Shown: one piece after another, positions 34,046 to 43,420 of the stretch | How the letters are laid out: each line of letters begins with the position of its first letter | How positions within the stretch are numbered: the stretch's first letter is position 1 | Assembly: GCF_018379785.1 (NCBI RefSeq) | Contig: NZ_JAGZUV010000011.1 | Coordinates: 17,788-81,787, forward strand | Reading direction: 5' to 3' | Length of the DNA stretch: 64,000 bases | DNA from: Desulfovibrio sp. | Lineage (GTDB): Bacteria; Desulfobacterota; Desulfovibrionia; Desulfovibrionales; Desulfovibrionaceae | The notes under the pieces: model-generated | The model's input: the letters and a program-made list of their open reading frames with translations, nothing else | Told to the model about the DNA's origin: nothing | The model's database searches: none | Position numbers and translations under genes: made by a program

Positions 34046-34075
34046 TGTAACAATAGGGTACACCCTATTGTTACA
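34046..34075. other. 30-bp palindromic candidate recombinase crossover site A (TGTAACAATAGGG-TACA-CCCTATTGTTACA)
   Basis: 13-bp perfect inverted arms around an asymmetric 4-bp centre; 108 bp upstream of giant paralog 1 start and ~200 bp upstream of the serine recombinase gene. Confidence 0.55.
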
Positions 34076-34279
34076 AAATTAGGAATTCTATTTTATAATC
34101 AAATTATATACTATTTTTTCATTTTTTATGAAAAAACAAATAGAGTTAAAAGAAATTATACATAATACAAAAGATGAGATATACAAATGAAAAAGACAGC
34201 CTACTTCACATTGCATATCAAATGAGATGACAGAGCATCTCGTTATATCCTCATGGAATAACGCATGCAGGAGAAAACT

Positions 34280-34924
34280 ATGGATATAGGCTACATCAGG
34301 GTCAGCTCATATGATCAACATACAGACAGACAACTGGATGGAGTCCATCTTGAAAAGATATATACGGATATGATCAGCGGCAAAGACACGAACAGACCTG
34401 AGTTGCAGAAGTGCCTTACGGCGTTGCAGCGTGGTGATACACTACATGTCCACAGCATCGACAGATTGACGAGAAATTTGCAGGATCTGCTTCTGCTGCT
34501 TTCGGAAATGGCCGAAAGGGGCGTCACAGTGCGGTTTCACAAAGAAAAACTGACTTTTTCAAGCGACAGCTCACCCTTTCAAAAACTGCACCTACAGATT
34601 ATCGGCGCTGTGGCTGAATTCGAACGGGCTTTCATCCGTGAGCGCCAGCGGGAAGGCATTGCCATTGCCAAGGCGAAGGGTAAATATAAAGGGCGCAAGC
34701 GTGCGCTTTCAGCGGAGCAACTGGAAGAAATTTCCCGGCGCATTGCAAGAGAGTCCGTGAGCCGCATCGCGGAGGAATATGGGGTGTCCCGCCAGACCAT
34801 CTACAGGTCGCTGCGCCAGAACGAGGAAGGCGGCATGCGCTCCGTCCGGGATTCCCGGAAAGGCTGTACGGGCCTGCGCCATGAAGCCCCGTGGCATGAT
34901 CGGGAGCGACGAACCCATACCTGA
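34280..34924 (+). CDS. serine recombinase (resolvase/DNA-invertase family)
   Basis: MDIGYIRVSSYDQHTDRQLD...GDTLHVHSIDRLTRNLQDLL... catalytic Ser motif and C-terminal HTH (GVSRQTIYR); AGGAG RBS; gene GC clearly lower than surroundings. Confidence 0.85.
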   Translation: MDIGYIRVSSYDQHTDRQLDGVHLEKIYTDMISGKDTNRPELQKCLTALQRGDTLHVHSIDRLTRNLQDLLLLLSEMAERGVTVRFHKEKLTFSSDSSPFQKLHLQIIGAVAEFERAFIRERQREGIAIAKAKGKYKGRKRALSAEQLEEISRRIARESVSRIAEEYGVSRQTIYRSLRQNEEGGMRSVRDSRKGCTGLRHEAPWHDRERRTHT

Positions 34925-35313
34925 ACGGGATGAGGAATCAGCCTTAAAGAAAAAGTTGACAAATTCATACCGGAGGGTTATTGCTGGGACGTCTTTGAGC
35001 GGTGTCTCATAGAGGTGTACCCCATTAAAACTCGATAAGGCGTTTTGGCGTTCACCTCGGCGGCCGCATTTTTTCTTATTGCTGCCGGATTCCCGTAAAA
35101 GACATTCTCCGGGCGTTTGCATGACGCCGGGCGCTTCCCGGTTCAATACACGAGCATGAGCACGAAAGTCCGGCATGAGTCCTTCTGTCGGACAGGGCAT
35201 TCGCAATGAATGCCGCATGGAATTGATAAATAAGTAGGAAACGAAAGTTTTCTAGTCTGTTGAGGCCGAATCTGGAAAGATTTCGGCCACTAAGTGTTTG
35301 TGTAATTTCCCTC

Positions 35314-35342
35314 TGGACAAAGCCTGCCCCTGAAATTATAGT
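35314..35342 (+). promoter_or_regulatory. candidate sigma70 promoter for the T1SS operon (TGGACA-17-TATAGT)
   Basis: tggaca 35314, 17-bp spacer, tatagt 35337; ~125 bp upstream of ABC gene start. Confidence 0.45.
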
Positions 35343-35466
35343 CTGCGCCGTATTGAACCCCCAACGGCGTCACCGCTCGTTTCGCCGCGCCCGTCGGCCA
35401 TGGAAAGGCATTCTCTCCTTCCGTGCTTCTTTTCCTGTGCCCGGCGGCTAAGGAAAGTGCCTCTTC

Positions 35467-37242
35467 ATGCAAGATTTTCTGCGCTCGTGCCGGTATTTCT
35501 TCGGATATGCCTTCTTCTTCAGCATGTTCGTCAATATTCTGCAGCTGACATTTTCCATCTACATGCTGCAGGTTTATGACAAAGTGCTGACCAGCTACAA
35601 TCTTTCGACACTGACGGTCATCACCATCGCCGCCGTCATCGCGCTGGTGGTCATGGCTTTGCTGGAGTGGATCCGTTCGCGCCTGCTGGTACGGGCCGGC
35701 ATTGAGTTCGACCACATGCTCAGCCGCGACGTGCTGAAGCTGAATCTGCAAAACGCGGGAGCGCCTGCCGGCAAACCTGCCGAGCAGAACGGCAATTTGC
35801 GCGACGTGCAGAGCCTGCGCAATTTTCTGGGCGGCAACGCGGTATTCGCGTTTTTCGACGTGCCCTGGATGCCCATCTATTTCGCCCTGATTTTCATCCT
35901 GCATCCTTCCCTGGGCATGGTGGCTGTGGGAGGCGGCCTGCTGGTCCTGATTCTGGGCGTCCTCACCGAGCGGCTGACCCGCAAGCGTCTGGAAGCGGCA
36001 AGCCATCTCAATGCCCATTCCTTCAATCTTACCGGCGCGGCCATGCGCAACGCCAGCATCGTGCGCTCCATGGGCATGATCGGCAATGTCACGGCGCGCT
36101 GGGGCAAGGTCAACGACCTGATCATCCGACTCCAGACGCGGGCCAGCCGCAGCGCGGGCCTGATCCACGCGGTCAGCAAATCCCTGCGGGTCGGCCTGCA
36201 AGTGCTGATCTACGCCGTGGGCGCGTATCTGACGGTCATGCACGAATCCACGGCCGGGGTCATGATCGCCGCGTCCATCGTCATGGGCCGCGCGCTCGCG
36301 CCCATTGATCAGGCCATGGGCAGCTACAAGCAGTCCCTGGAAGCCCGGGGAGCCTATGGCCGCCTGAAGACCCTGCTCGACGCCCCGCGCCCCCTCCCGG
36401 CCATGGACCTGCCGGAACCGCAGGGCGAGCTGACCGCCGAAAATCTCTATTTCGCCGCCGGGGGACGGCCCATCCTCAAGGGGATATCCTTCCGCATGCC
36501 CGCCGGGCAGTCCCTGGCCATTATCGGCCCCAGCGCTGCGGGCAAGTCCACCCTCTGCAAACTGCTGTTGAACATCTGGGAGCCCACCAGCGGCAAAGTG
36601 CGCATCGACCGCGCGGATATGGCTTCCTGGGATTCGGAAAAGCTCGGCCCTTTTCTCGGCTATCTGCCGCAGGATGTGGAACTGTTTTCCGGCAGCGTGG
36701 CGGAAAATATCGCCCGGCTCGGCGAGGTGGATTCCGCCAGGGTCATCAAGGCGGCCCGGATGGCGGGCGTGCATGAAATGATTCTGGCCCTGCCCAAAGG
36801 CTACGACACCCAGATTGGCGACCAGGGCGCGGCCCTTTCCGGCGGACAGCGCCAGCGCATCGGTCTGGCGCGCGCCCTGTACGGCGATCCGCGCGTCATC
36901 GTGCTGGACGAGCCCAACTCCAATCTGGACGAAGAGGGCGAGGCCTCGCTGGCGCAGGCCGTGCTGCATCTCAAGCAACAGCACACCACTCTGATTCTGG
37001 TAACCCACAAGCCCAATATCCTTTCCATTGTGGACAACATCATGATGGTGCAGGACGGGCAGATCGCCCTGTGCGGGGCGCGCCAGGAAGTGCTGGCCAA
37101 GCTGGCGGAGCTCCAGAAACAGCAGCGCGAGGAAGCGGCCAGAGCCAGACTGTTGCGGGAGGCGCTGGAAAGGCGCAAGGCCGTCTCGCCGGAAAATCCC
37201 GATGAACCGCAAAGCGGCGACGGGGAGCCTGAACATGCGTAA
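35467..37242 (+). CDS. type I secretion system ABC transporter (permease/ATPase, HlyB/PrtD family, no C39 peptidase domain)
   Basis: 591 aa, 6 TM then Walker A GPSAAGKST, signature LSGGQRQRIGLARAL, Walker B VIVLDEPNSNLD. Confidence 0.9.
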   Translation: MQDFLRSCRYFFGYAFFFSMFVNILQLTFSIYMLQVYDKVLTSYNLSTLTVITIAAVIALVVMALLEWIRSRLLVRAGIEFDHMLSRDVLKLNLQNAGAPAGKPAEQNGNLRDVQSLRNFLGGNAVFAFFDVPWMPIYFALIFILHPSLGMVAVGGGLLVLILGVLTERLTRKRLEAASHLNAHSFNLTGAAMRNASIVRSMGMIGNVTARWGKVNDLIIRLQTRASRSAGLIHAVSKSLRVGLQVLIYAVGAYLTVMHESTAGVMIAASIVMGRALAPIDQAMGSYKQSLEARGAYGRLKTLLDAPRPLPAMDLPEPQGELTAENLYFAAGGRPILKGISFRMPAGQSLAIIGPSAAGKSTLCKLLLNIWEPTSGKVRIDRADMASWDSEKLGPFLGYLPQDVELFSGSVAENIARLGEVDSARVIKAARMAGVHEMILALPKGYDTQIGDQGAALSGGQRQRIGLARALYGDPRVIVLDEPNSNLDEEGEASLAQAVLHLKQQHTTLILVTHKPNILSIVDNIMMVQDGQIALCGARQEVLAKLAELQKQQREEAARARLLREALERRKAVSPENPDEPQSGDGEPEHA

Positions 37243-38620
37243 GCAACTGAGCAGGGCCCTGGCCGTCATTGAAACCAGCGTCATCAAGCCCATCGTCAGC
37301 GCCGCGGAAAAACGCCAGGCCGCCAAGGGCGAAAATGTGGAAGACCCCCGCCGCATCATCCGCCAGGGACTTCTGGTGGTGGGTCTTTTCTTCGGGGCGC
37401 TGGGAATCTGGTCGGTTTTCGGCCACATCAGCGGGGCCGTGGTGGCGCCGGGCAAAATCAAGATCGAAACGGAACGCAAAACCGTACAGCATCTTGAAGG
37501 CGGCATTGTGGACGCCATTCTGGTGCGCGAAGGCGAGGAAGTGGCGGCGGGCCAGCCTCTCATCCTGTTGGAATCGGTGCAGATCGACGCCAGCGCCAGC
37601 ATGCTGCAAAAGCAGCTTGTGGCCCAGCTGGCCGCCGGAATCCGGTTGGCCGCCGAAAAGGATCTCAAAGAGGAACTGCACTGGCCCGACGATCTGCGCC
37701 GCATGGCCGAAGAGCGCCACAGCCTCGATGTGCTGGACAACGAGGCCAAAATTTTCGCCGCCCGGCGGGAGGCTCTCAACGCGCAGGTTTCCCTGCTGAA
37801 TACCCAGCTTGCACAGCTGGACGCCCAGGTGGCCGGTTTTGACGATCAGGTCAAGGCCGAGCAGGCCATTATCGGCACGCTTAATGAAGAACTGCGCGCC
37901 AAGCGGCAGCTCTACAATGAGCGCTATCTGGAAAAATCGCAGATTCTGGAGCTGGAACGCACCCTGGCCAGCCATCAGGGCAACCGGGGACGCCTCAAAC
38001 AGTCCATCGCCGAGGCCAAACAGCGGGCCGCCGAGCTGCATCTGCGCATCGAAGACGTGAAAGTGCGCTTTGTGGAAGAAGCCACCAGCTCCCTCGGCAA
38101 GCTTGAAAACGACATCATCCAGACCCGCGAGCGCCTCCGCCCGCTCAAAGACGCAAAAAGGCGCCTGCAGATCGTGGCTCCGGTGGGCGGGCGCGTGGTG
38201 GATCTCAAGGTGCATTCCAAGGGCGGAGTCGTGCGTCCGGGCGAGCCGCTCATGGACATCGTGCCCCACGACAATCCCCTGATTGTGGAAACCCATGTGC
38301 CGGTCAACAAGATCACGGAAGTCCACATCGGACAGGATGCCCTGGTGCAGCTCGACGCCTTTGACACGCGCCTTACCCCGCACATGCCCGCCAAAGTCAC
38401 CTACATCTCGGCTGACCGTCTGGAAGAGCGCACCGGCGCGGGCGTGATGCCCTATTACCTTTGTTATGTGGAAATCGATCCCAGAGCCCTGAAAGACGCC
38501 AAGCTCTATCTTTCGCCGGGCATGCCCGCCACGGTTTTCATCACCACCCAACAGCGCACGGTCCTTTATTATATGATGGAGCCGCTGCTCAAAAACTGGG
38601 ACAGAGCGTTGAGGGAGTGA
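37235..38620 (+). CDS. type I secretion membrane fusion protein (HlyD family)
   Basis: MRKQLSRALAVIE..., single N-terminal TM, long coiled-coil, C-terminal beta domain; start overlaps ABC stop. Confidence 0.85.
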   Translation: MRKQLSRALAVIETSVIKPIVSAAEKRQAAKGENVEDPRRIIRQGLLVVGLFFGALGIWSVFGHISGAVVAPGKIKIETERKTVQHLEGGIVDAILVREGEEVAAGQPLILLESVQIDASASMLQKQLVAQLAAGIRLAAEKDLKEELHWPDDLRRMAEERHSLDVLDNEAKIFAARREALNAQVSLLNTQLAQLDAQVAGFDDQVKAEQAIIGTLNEELRAKRQLYNERYLEKSQILELERTLASHQGNRGRLKQSIAEAKQRAAELHLRIEDVKVRFVEEATSSLGKLENDIIQTRERLRPLKDAKRRLQIVAPVGGRVVDLKVHSKGGVVRPGEPLMDIVPHDNPLIVETHVPVNKITEVHIGQDALVQLDAFDTRLTPHMPAKVTYISADRLEERTGAGVMPYYLCYVEIDPRALKDAKLYLSPGMPATVFITTQQRTVLYYMMEPLLKNWDRALRE

Positions 38621-38622
38621 GC

Positions 38623-39558
38623 ATGCGCCGGATTCTTGCAGTTTTCCTCCTGTGGGCGGCAACGGTTATTCCCCAGACCTCACAGGCCGCCGTTGCCGCC
38701 CTTTCCGGCCATGCCCCGTTGCGGGCGGCCAGCCTGTATACGGGCGGGGAGCACGCCGGCGGCGGGGAACAGCGGGTGGAACTCTATCTGCTGGACGGCA
38801 ACTTTTTCGTCCTGCGCCAGATTGCCGCGCCCAGAGGCAAAAAAGCCGTTACGCGGGACATGACCGGCTTCTGGCGGCAGGTGGACGACGGATTTCCGCA
38901 CAGCCTGGCGCTGAAAAAATCCCCGTTCCGCAAGCCGTCCTTCAGCGTCATGGGCAGGCTGGATCGTATTGCGGGCCGCGCGGCACTGACCGACAGCGCC
39001 ACGGGGCGGGTGTTCGCGCCCGCTGAAGGCGAGGCGCTGGCGGCTCTGCCCGGGAAGGATTCCCTCTTTGTGGATGCGGTGATCCTGCCCGCAAAAAACG
39101 GCTGTGCCGTCCAGCGCATCCGGAGTTTTTCCACCCGTTTTCCGTCACAGGCCGGGTCCGCCCCGACAGACGGGGACTTTGCCGCCAGAGTGGCGGGCGA
39201 AGTCTGGCTTCTACCTTCCCTGCCGGGTCTGCCCGCCGCCTCCTGCGTTTTCAGCGAGCGGGGCAAAGGGCAGGGCGCACTGGAAGTGACCGGGCCGGGC
39301 CTGCGGCTGACGGCGGACTATGTCCTGCGCGGGCCGGGCCTGACCTTCTCCGTCAGGAAGGAGGACGCCCGCATGCTGGAAGCCTGCGGGGCGGAGGTTC
39401 TGCCGCGCATGCTGGCCTCCGTGCGTTCATGGTCGCTGGAAGGCGGGGCGCTGACGCTCACCTCCGCCGACGGACAGAGCTTTCTGCTGGAAAAAGCCGC
39501 GCCGGATCGCCGGGCCGGAAGCGGACGCGCCGCCGCGCCCAAAGGATATAAGAGATGA
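38623..39558 (+). CDS. hypothetical secreted/periplasmic protein encoded inside the T1SS operon
   Basis: 311 aa, signal peptide MRRILAVFLLWAATVIPQTSQAA; translationally coupled to MFP (3-nt gap) and TolC (4-nt overlap). Confidence 0.6.
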   Translation: MRRILAVFLLWAATVIPQTSQAAVAALSGHAPLRAASLYTGGEHAGGGEQRVELYLLDGNFFVLRQIAAPRGKKAVTRDMTGFWRQVDDGFPHSLALKKSPFRKPSFSVMGRLDRIAGRAALTDSATGRVFAPAEGEALAALPGKDSLFVDAVILPAKNGCAVQRIRSFSTRFPSQAGSAPTDGDFAARVAGEVWLLPSLPGLPAASCVFSERGKGQGALEVTGPGLRLTADYVLRGPGLTFSVRKEDARMLEACGAEVLPRMLASVRSWSLEGGALTLTSADGQSFLLEKAAPDRRAGSGRAAAPKGYKR

Positions 39559-40892
39559 ACACAGGTTGCCGTCTTTTTTGGTTCCGTCTTCTTCTGCTGC
39601 TCTGCCTCGCGCTGCCGCTCCGGGAACCGGATGCTCCGCGCGCCGCGGAAATCTTCACCATGGAGCAGGCCGTGGCCCGTGCCATGCAGGCCAATCCCGG
39701 CGTGGAGGCGAAAATGCTGCTGCTGGAACAGGCCCGGCTGAACGTGGGCGTGGCCCAGAGTTATTTCTGGCCGCGCGTTTCCCTGGTGGGCACCAGCAGC
39801 CGCGTCCAGAACTACGAGGAAGTGCAGACCTACAACAGCGACAACCTCACCAGCGACAACTGGTCCAAAGGTCTGCGGGCCTCGCTGTCCCTGTTCGCCG
39901 GTTTCGCCCATCTGAACAATCTGCAGAAATCCCGCATCGCGGTGGAGGTGGAAAAAGCCCGCCACCGGCAGGCCCGTCTGGAACTGGGCAGCAATGTGCA
40001 GCTTCAGTTTCTGCAACTGCTCAAATGCCGCGAGGATCTCAAAAGCGCGGAAGAAGCCGTGGCCCGCATTGAAACCCAGCTCAAGGCCGCAGAGGCCTTC
40101 GTCAAAGTGGGCATGGCCCCCTATGTCAATGTGCTCCAGAACCGAACCGAGCTTTCCAGCGCCCGGCAGCAGGTCATCCGCGTCAACAACGACATCCGCA
40201 ACGCGGAAGTGCAGCTCAACAGATATCTGGGATTTTCTCCGGACCGCCCCGTGCGCTATGCCGGCAATCTCAAAAATTTCTCCAGCACCGTCGGATACAC
40301 GGAAGAGGAAGCCGTCGCAGCGGCCATACGGCAGCGGCCTGACCTGACCATGGCCCGGAAGTCGGTGGAGGTGGCCTACAAGGACATGCACATCGCCATG
40401 GGACAGTACCTGCCCCGCGTGGACGCCACCTACGACAATATGAGCTCCAGCAAGGAATACGACGACAAACGCTATCAGGGCTACACCCGCAACTACTGGG
40501 CTGCAGGGCTGAATTTCTCCTGGGAAATCTTTTCCGGCGGCGAAACAACCTTTTCCACCCTGGCTGACCGCAAAAAGGCCCAATCCCTGCAAAAAGACTA
40601 CGAAGACGCCATGTCCGGCGCGCGCGCCGACGTGATCCGCTCACTGCTGGACATCAAGGCCGCCAGGGAACTTATCGCTGCCTCCCGCCAAGGCATGGAC
40701 GCAGCCCGCGAAAGCTACGCCATGGCCAACAAACGCTACATGACCAATACCGGCACCATCACCGAACTGCTGGACGCCCAGCTCAAGCTGACCCAGGCCG
40801 AAAACGACGCCAGCCGCGCCCTGACCGAATACCACAGCGCGCGTGTCCGCTTCTTTTACCATATCGGGCGCGAGAACCCAGGACTGAGGTAA
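39555..40892 (+). CDS. TolC-family outer-membrane efflux protein (T1SS outer membrane component)
   Basis: 445 aa, signal peptide, two-repeat TolC architecture (..SYFWPRVSLVGTSS.. / ..QYLPRVDATYD..). Confidence 0.85.
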   Translation: MNTGCRLFWFRLLLLLCLALPLREPDAPRAAEIFTMEQAVARAMQANPGVEAKMLLLEQARLNVGVAQSYFWPRVSLVGTSSRVQNYEEVQTYNSDNLTSDNWSKGLRASLSLFAGFAHLNNLQKSRIAVEVEKARHRQARLELGSNVQLQFLQLLKCREDLKSAEEAVARIETQLKAAEAFVKVGMAPYVNVLQNRTELSSARQQVIRVNNDIRNAEVQLNRYLGFSPDRPVRYAGNLKNFSSTVGYTEEEAVAAAIRQRPDLTMARKSVEVAYKDMHIAMGQYLPRVDATYDNMSSSKEYDDKRYQGYTRNYWAAGLNFSWEIFSGGETTFSTLADRKKAQSLQKDYEDAMSGARADVIRSLLDIKAARELIAASRQGMDAARESYAMANKRYMTNTGTITELLDAQLKLTQAENDASRALTEYHSARVRFFYHIGRENPGLR

Positions 40893-40902
40893 GGGGCGAC
40901 AT

Positions 40903-43407
40903 ATGGCAAAAAAGCTGCTGCGTAAAAAATTGCGGAATGCCTTTGCCTACCGCGAGGATCACCATGCGCAACTGGCTCGCTTTCTCCAGCGCGGGCATCT
41001 GCCGGCGCGTCTGGCCAACTTCGCTTTCAATGCGATCTGCAAGACGGTCCGGCAATTCCGCCACGTCATCCGGTGGCTGGAAAAAGTCGGGGGGAAGTGT
41101 CCTGCAAAACCCCGCGCGGCCACCTGCGCCCTCATCGCGGAAATGGGCATCCCGCAGTGCGTACATTACCGCGTGACCGGGCGGGTCGCGCAGTTGCGCC
41201 GCCTGGGCTGGAATCCAGTCGTGCGCGACTGGCGCGATCAAAAAGGTGCCAGAGAGGCCCTGCAACTGGCGGACTGCGCACTCTTCTACCGTATCCCCAT
41301 GGCGGAACACGGTCCCGATCTTTATGCCGAAGCCAGACGTCTTGGTCTTCCCATCCTCTACGATATTGACGATCTCATTTTCCACAAGGCGGAGTTGTCC
41401 GCGCATATCTCCCGCCTGCGCCTGCGGGACGAACACGCCGCCGCCATGCTGAACGCCGCGGACGCCTATCTTCGGGCCATGGAAGCCTCCGACGCTCTGC
41501 TGGTGAGCACGCCCGCGTTGGGCGCATACGCCGCCGCCACGGGACGTCCCCATTTCGTGGTGCATAACGCGGTGTCGGATGATCTGGTCCATCTGACGCA
41601 GACGCTTCCCGCAAAAAAAGCAGGCAATGAGATTGTGCGCGTCTTTTACGGCAGCGGTTCCGACACGCACGACGCGGATTTCGGCCTCATTGCCGAAGCC
41701 CTGTGCCAGGCCATGCAAAAGGATTCGCGGCTGCATCTGTATATCCACGGGCATCTTGAACTGCCCGCCGAGCTGTTCTGTCTTGCCGGACGCGTCCACA
41801 GAGTTCCCTTTCTTGACAAGGCATTCTATTTCCGACTCTGTGCCGACTATGATATGGCGCTGGCGCCGTTGCTGCGAGACGCCTTCAACGACGCCAAAAG
41901 TAACATCAAATACCAGGAAGCCTCGTTGTTCGGCATTCCGTCCATCGTCTCTCCGGCGGCCGAATTCACGGATGCAGTCACCGAGGGCTGGGACGGCTTC
42001 ATCGCCCGCACACCGGAAGAATGGCGGGATAAAATCCTTCTGCTGGCGGCTTGTCCGGCGTTACGCGAACAGATGGGGCAAAAAGCCCGACAAAACGTGC
42101 TGGCCCGCTATGTCAGCGCTGTTGTGGCCCACAACGACCTGCTGCCGGCGCTTCCGCCCATGGCTTCCCCGCACCGGGAACGCGTTCTGCTCGTCAGCGT
42201 CATGTTCGGCCGCCGCAGCATGGGCGGAGCGGCCCTGCTCGTGATGGAAACGGCGCTGGAATTACAACAGCACGGTTTTGAAATATGGGTTTTCAGCACG
42301 GAGTATGCCAGCGACGCGCCGCATGGCGCTCTTGTGCGCCGTGACTGGCGGGGAATCAAGGTATTCTCCGTCAACTTCATGCCGGGTGAGATCGGGCAGG
42401 AAACCCGGTCCGAGGCGCTTTTCCGCGACGTCCTGCGGACAGCCCAGCCCGGCCTGGTACATTTTCATTGCATCGAAGGTCTGGGGACCGGGCTGCCGCA
42501 GGAGTGCATCCGGCAATCCATCCCCTATGCGATCACCATGCATGACGCATGGTGGGTTTGCCCCCGCCAGTTCATGCTGACCCCCGCAGGGGACTATTGC
42601 GGACAAAGCGTGGTTGATCCGCAAATCTGCCATATCCGTTGCGGGCTGGAGCAGGAAGAACTCTGGCGGCGCGCGGTCCACATGCGGGAAGCCGTGGCCG
42701 GAGCCCAGGCCGTTTTCACCCCCTCCGATTTCTACACCTCCTTCATAAGCCGCAACTTCCCCCGCCACTGCGCTGTACTGACCAATCGCAACGGCATAAA
42801 CCGGCCGAAATCGCACCGTCCCGCCAGGATGCCGGGCCCGTTACGCCTGGGCTATCTCGGCGGCAAGGCGCGCTGGAAGGGATATTTTTTCCTGGCGGAG
42901 GCCCTGCGCGGGATCGCGCGCGACGACTACGAAGTTCTGCTGGTAGATCTGGGCACCGTCTTCGGCACGGGCGATATGACCGGGGACGAGGACAGGGCGC
43001 TGTGGAAGGGTCTGCATGCGAGCATCCTGCCCTTCGTGCGGCACGAGGATATCGATTCCCTGTACTGGCAGATGGATGTGCTGCTTTTTCCCTCCTTGTG
43101 GAATGAGAGTTTCGGCCTGGCCGTCCGCGAGGCCATCGCGCGCGGCGTCTTTGTGCTGTCTTCCGACTGCGGCGGCCCGGGCGAGGCCATCGTGCACGGT
43201 GAAAACGGCCTGCTGTTTCCCAAGGGCGACTTGGCGGCGTTCAGAAACCGGCTGCACTACGTTCTCGACGAGCAGGAAACATTCAAAAACTACCGCGCGT
43301 CCGACACCGGGGATCTACGTTCCCTCGAGTCCCAGGCGGAAGAGCTGGCCGACGCATACAGGCGAATATTACAGGTCCGGACGTATTTTCGTCCAACAGG
43401 GATTTGA
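40903..43407 (+). CDS. large two-domain glycosyltransferase (C-terminal GT4/GT1-type domain)
   Basis: 834 aa; C-terminal ...LLFPSLWNESFGLAVREAIARGVFVLSSDCGGPGEAIVHGENGLLF... is the E-x7-E retaining GT4 motif. Confidence 0.75.
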   Translation: MAKKLLRKKLRNAFAYREDHHAQLARFLQRGHLPARLANFAFNAICKTVRQFRHVIRWLEKVGGKCPAKPRAATCALIAEMGIPQCVHYRVTGRVAQLRRLGWNPVVRDWRDQKGAREALQLADCALFYRIPMAEHGPDLYAEARRLGLPILYDIDDLIFHKAELSAHISRLRLRDEHAAAMLNAADAYLRAMEASDALLVSTPALGAYAAATGRPHFVVHNAVSDDLVHLTQTLPAKKAGNEIVRVFYGSGSDTHDADFGLIAEALCQAMQKDSRLHLYIHGHLELPAELFCLAGRVHRVPFLDKAFYFRLCADYDMALAPLLRDAFNDAKSNIKYQEASLFGIPSIVSPAAEFTDAVTEGWDGFIARTPEEWRDKILLLAACPALREQMGQKARQNVLARYVSAVVAHNDLLPALPPMASPHRERVLLVSVMFGRRSMGGAALLVMETALELQQHGFEIWVFSTEYASDAPHGALVRRDWRGIKVFSVNFMPGEIGQETRSEALFRDVLRTAQPGLVHFHCIEGLGTGLPQECIRQSIPYAITMHDAWWVCPRQFMLTPAGDYCGQSVVDPQICHIRCGLEQEELWRRAVHMREAVAGAQAVFTPSDFYTSFISRNFPRHCAVLTNRNGINRPKSHRPARMPGPLRLGYLGGKARWKGYFFLAEALRGIARDDYEVLLVDLGTVFGTGDMTGDEDRALWKGLHASILPFVRHEDIDSLYWQMDVLLFPSLWNESFGLAVREAIARGVFVLSSDCGGPGEAIVHGENGLLFPKGDLAAFRNRLHYVLDEQETFKNYRASDTGDLRSLESQAEELADAYRRILQVRTYFRPTGI

Positions 43408-43420
43408 GGCAAACAAAATC

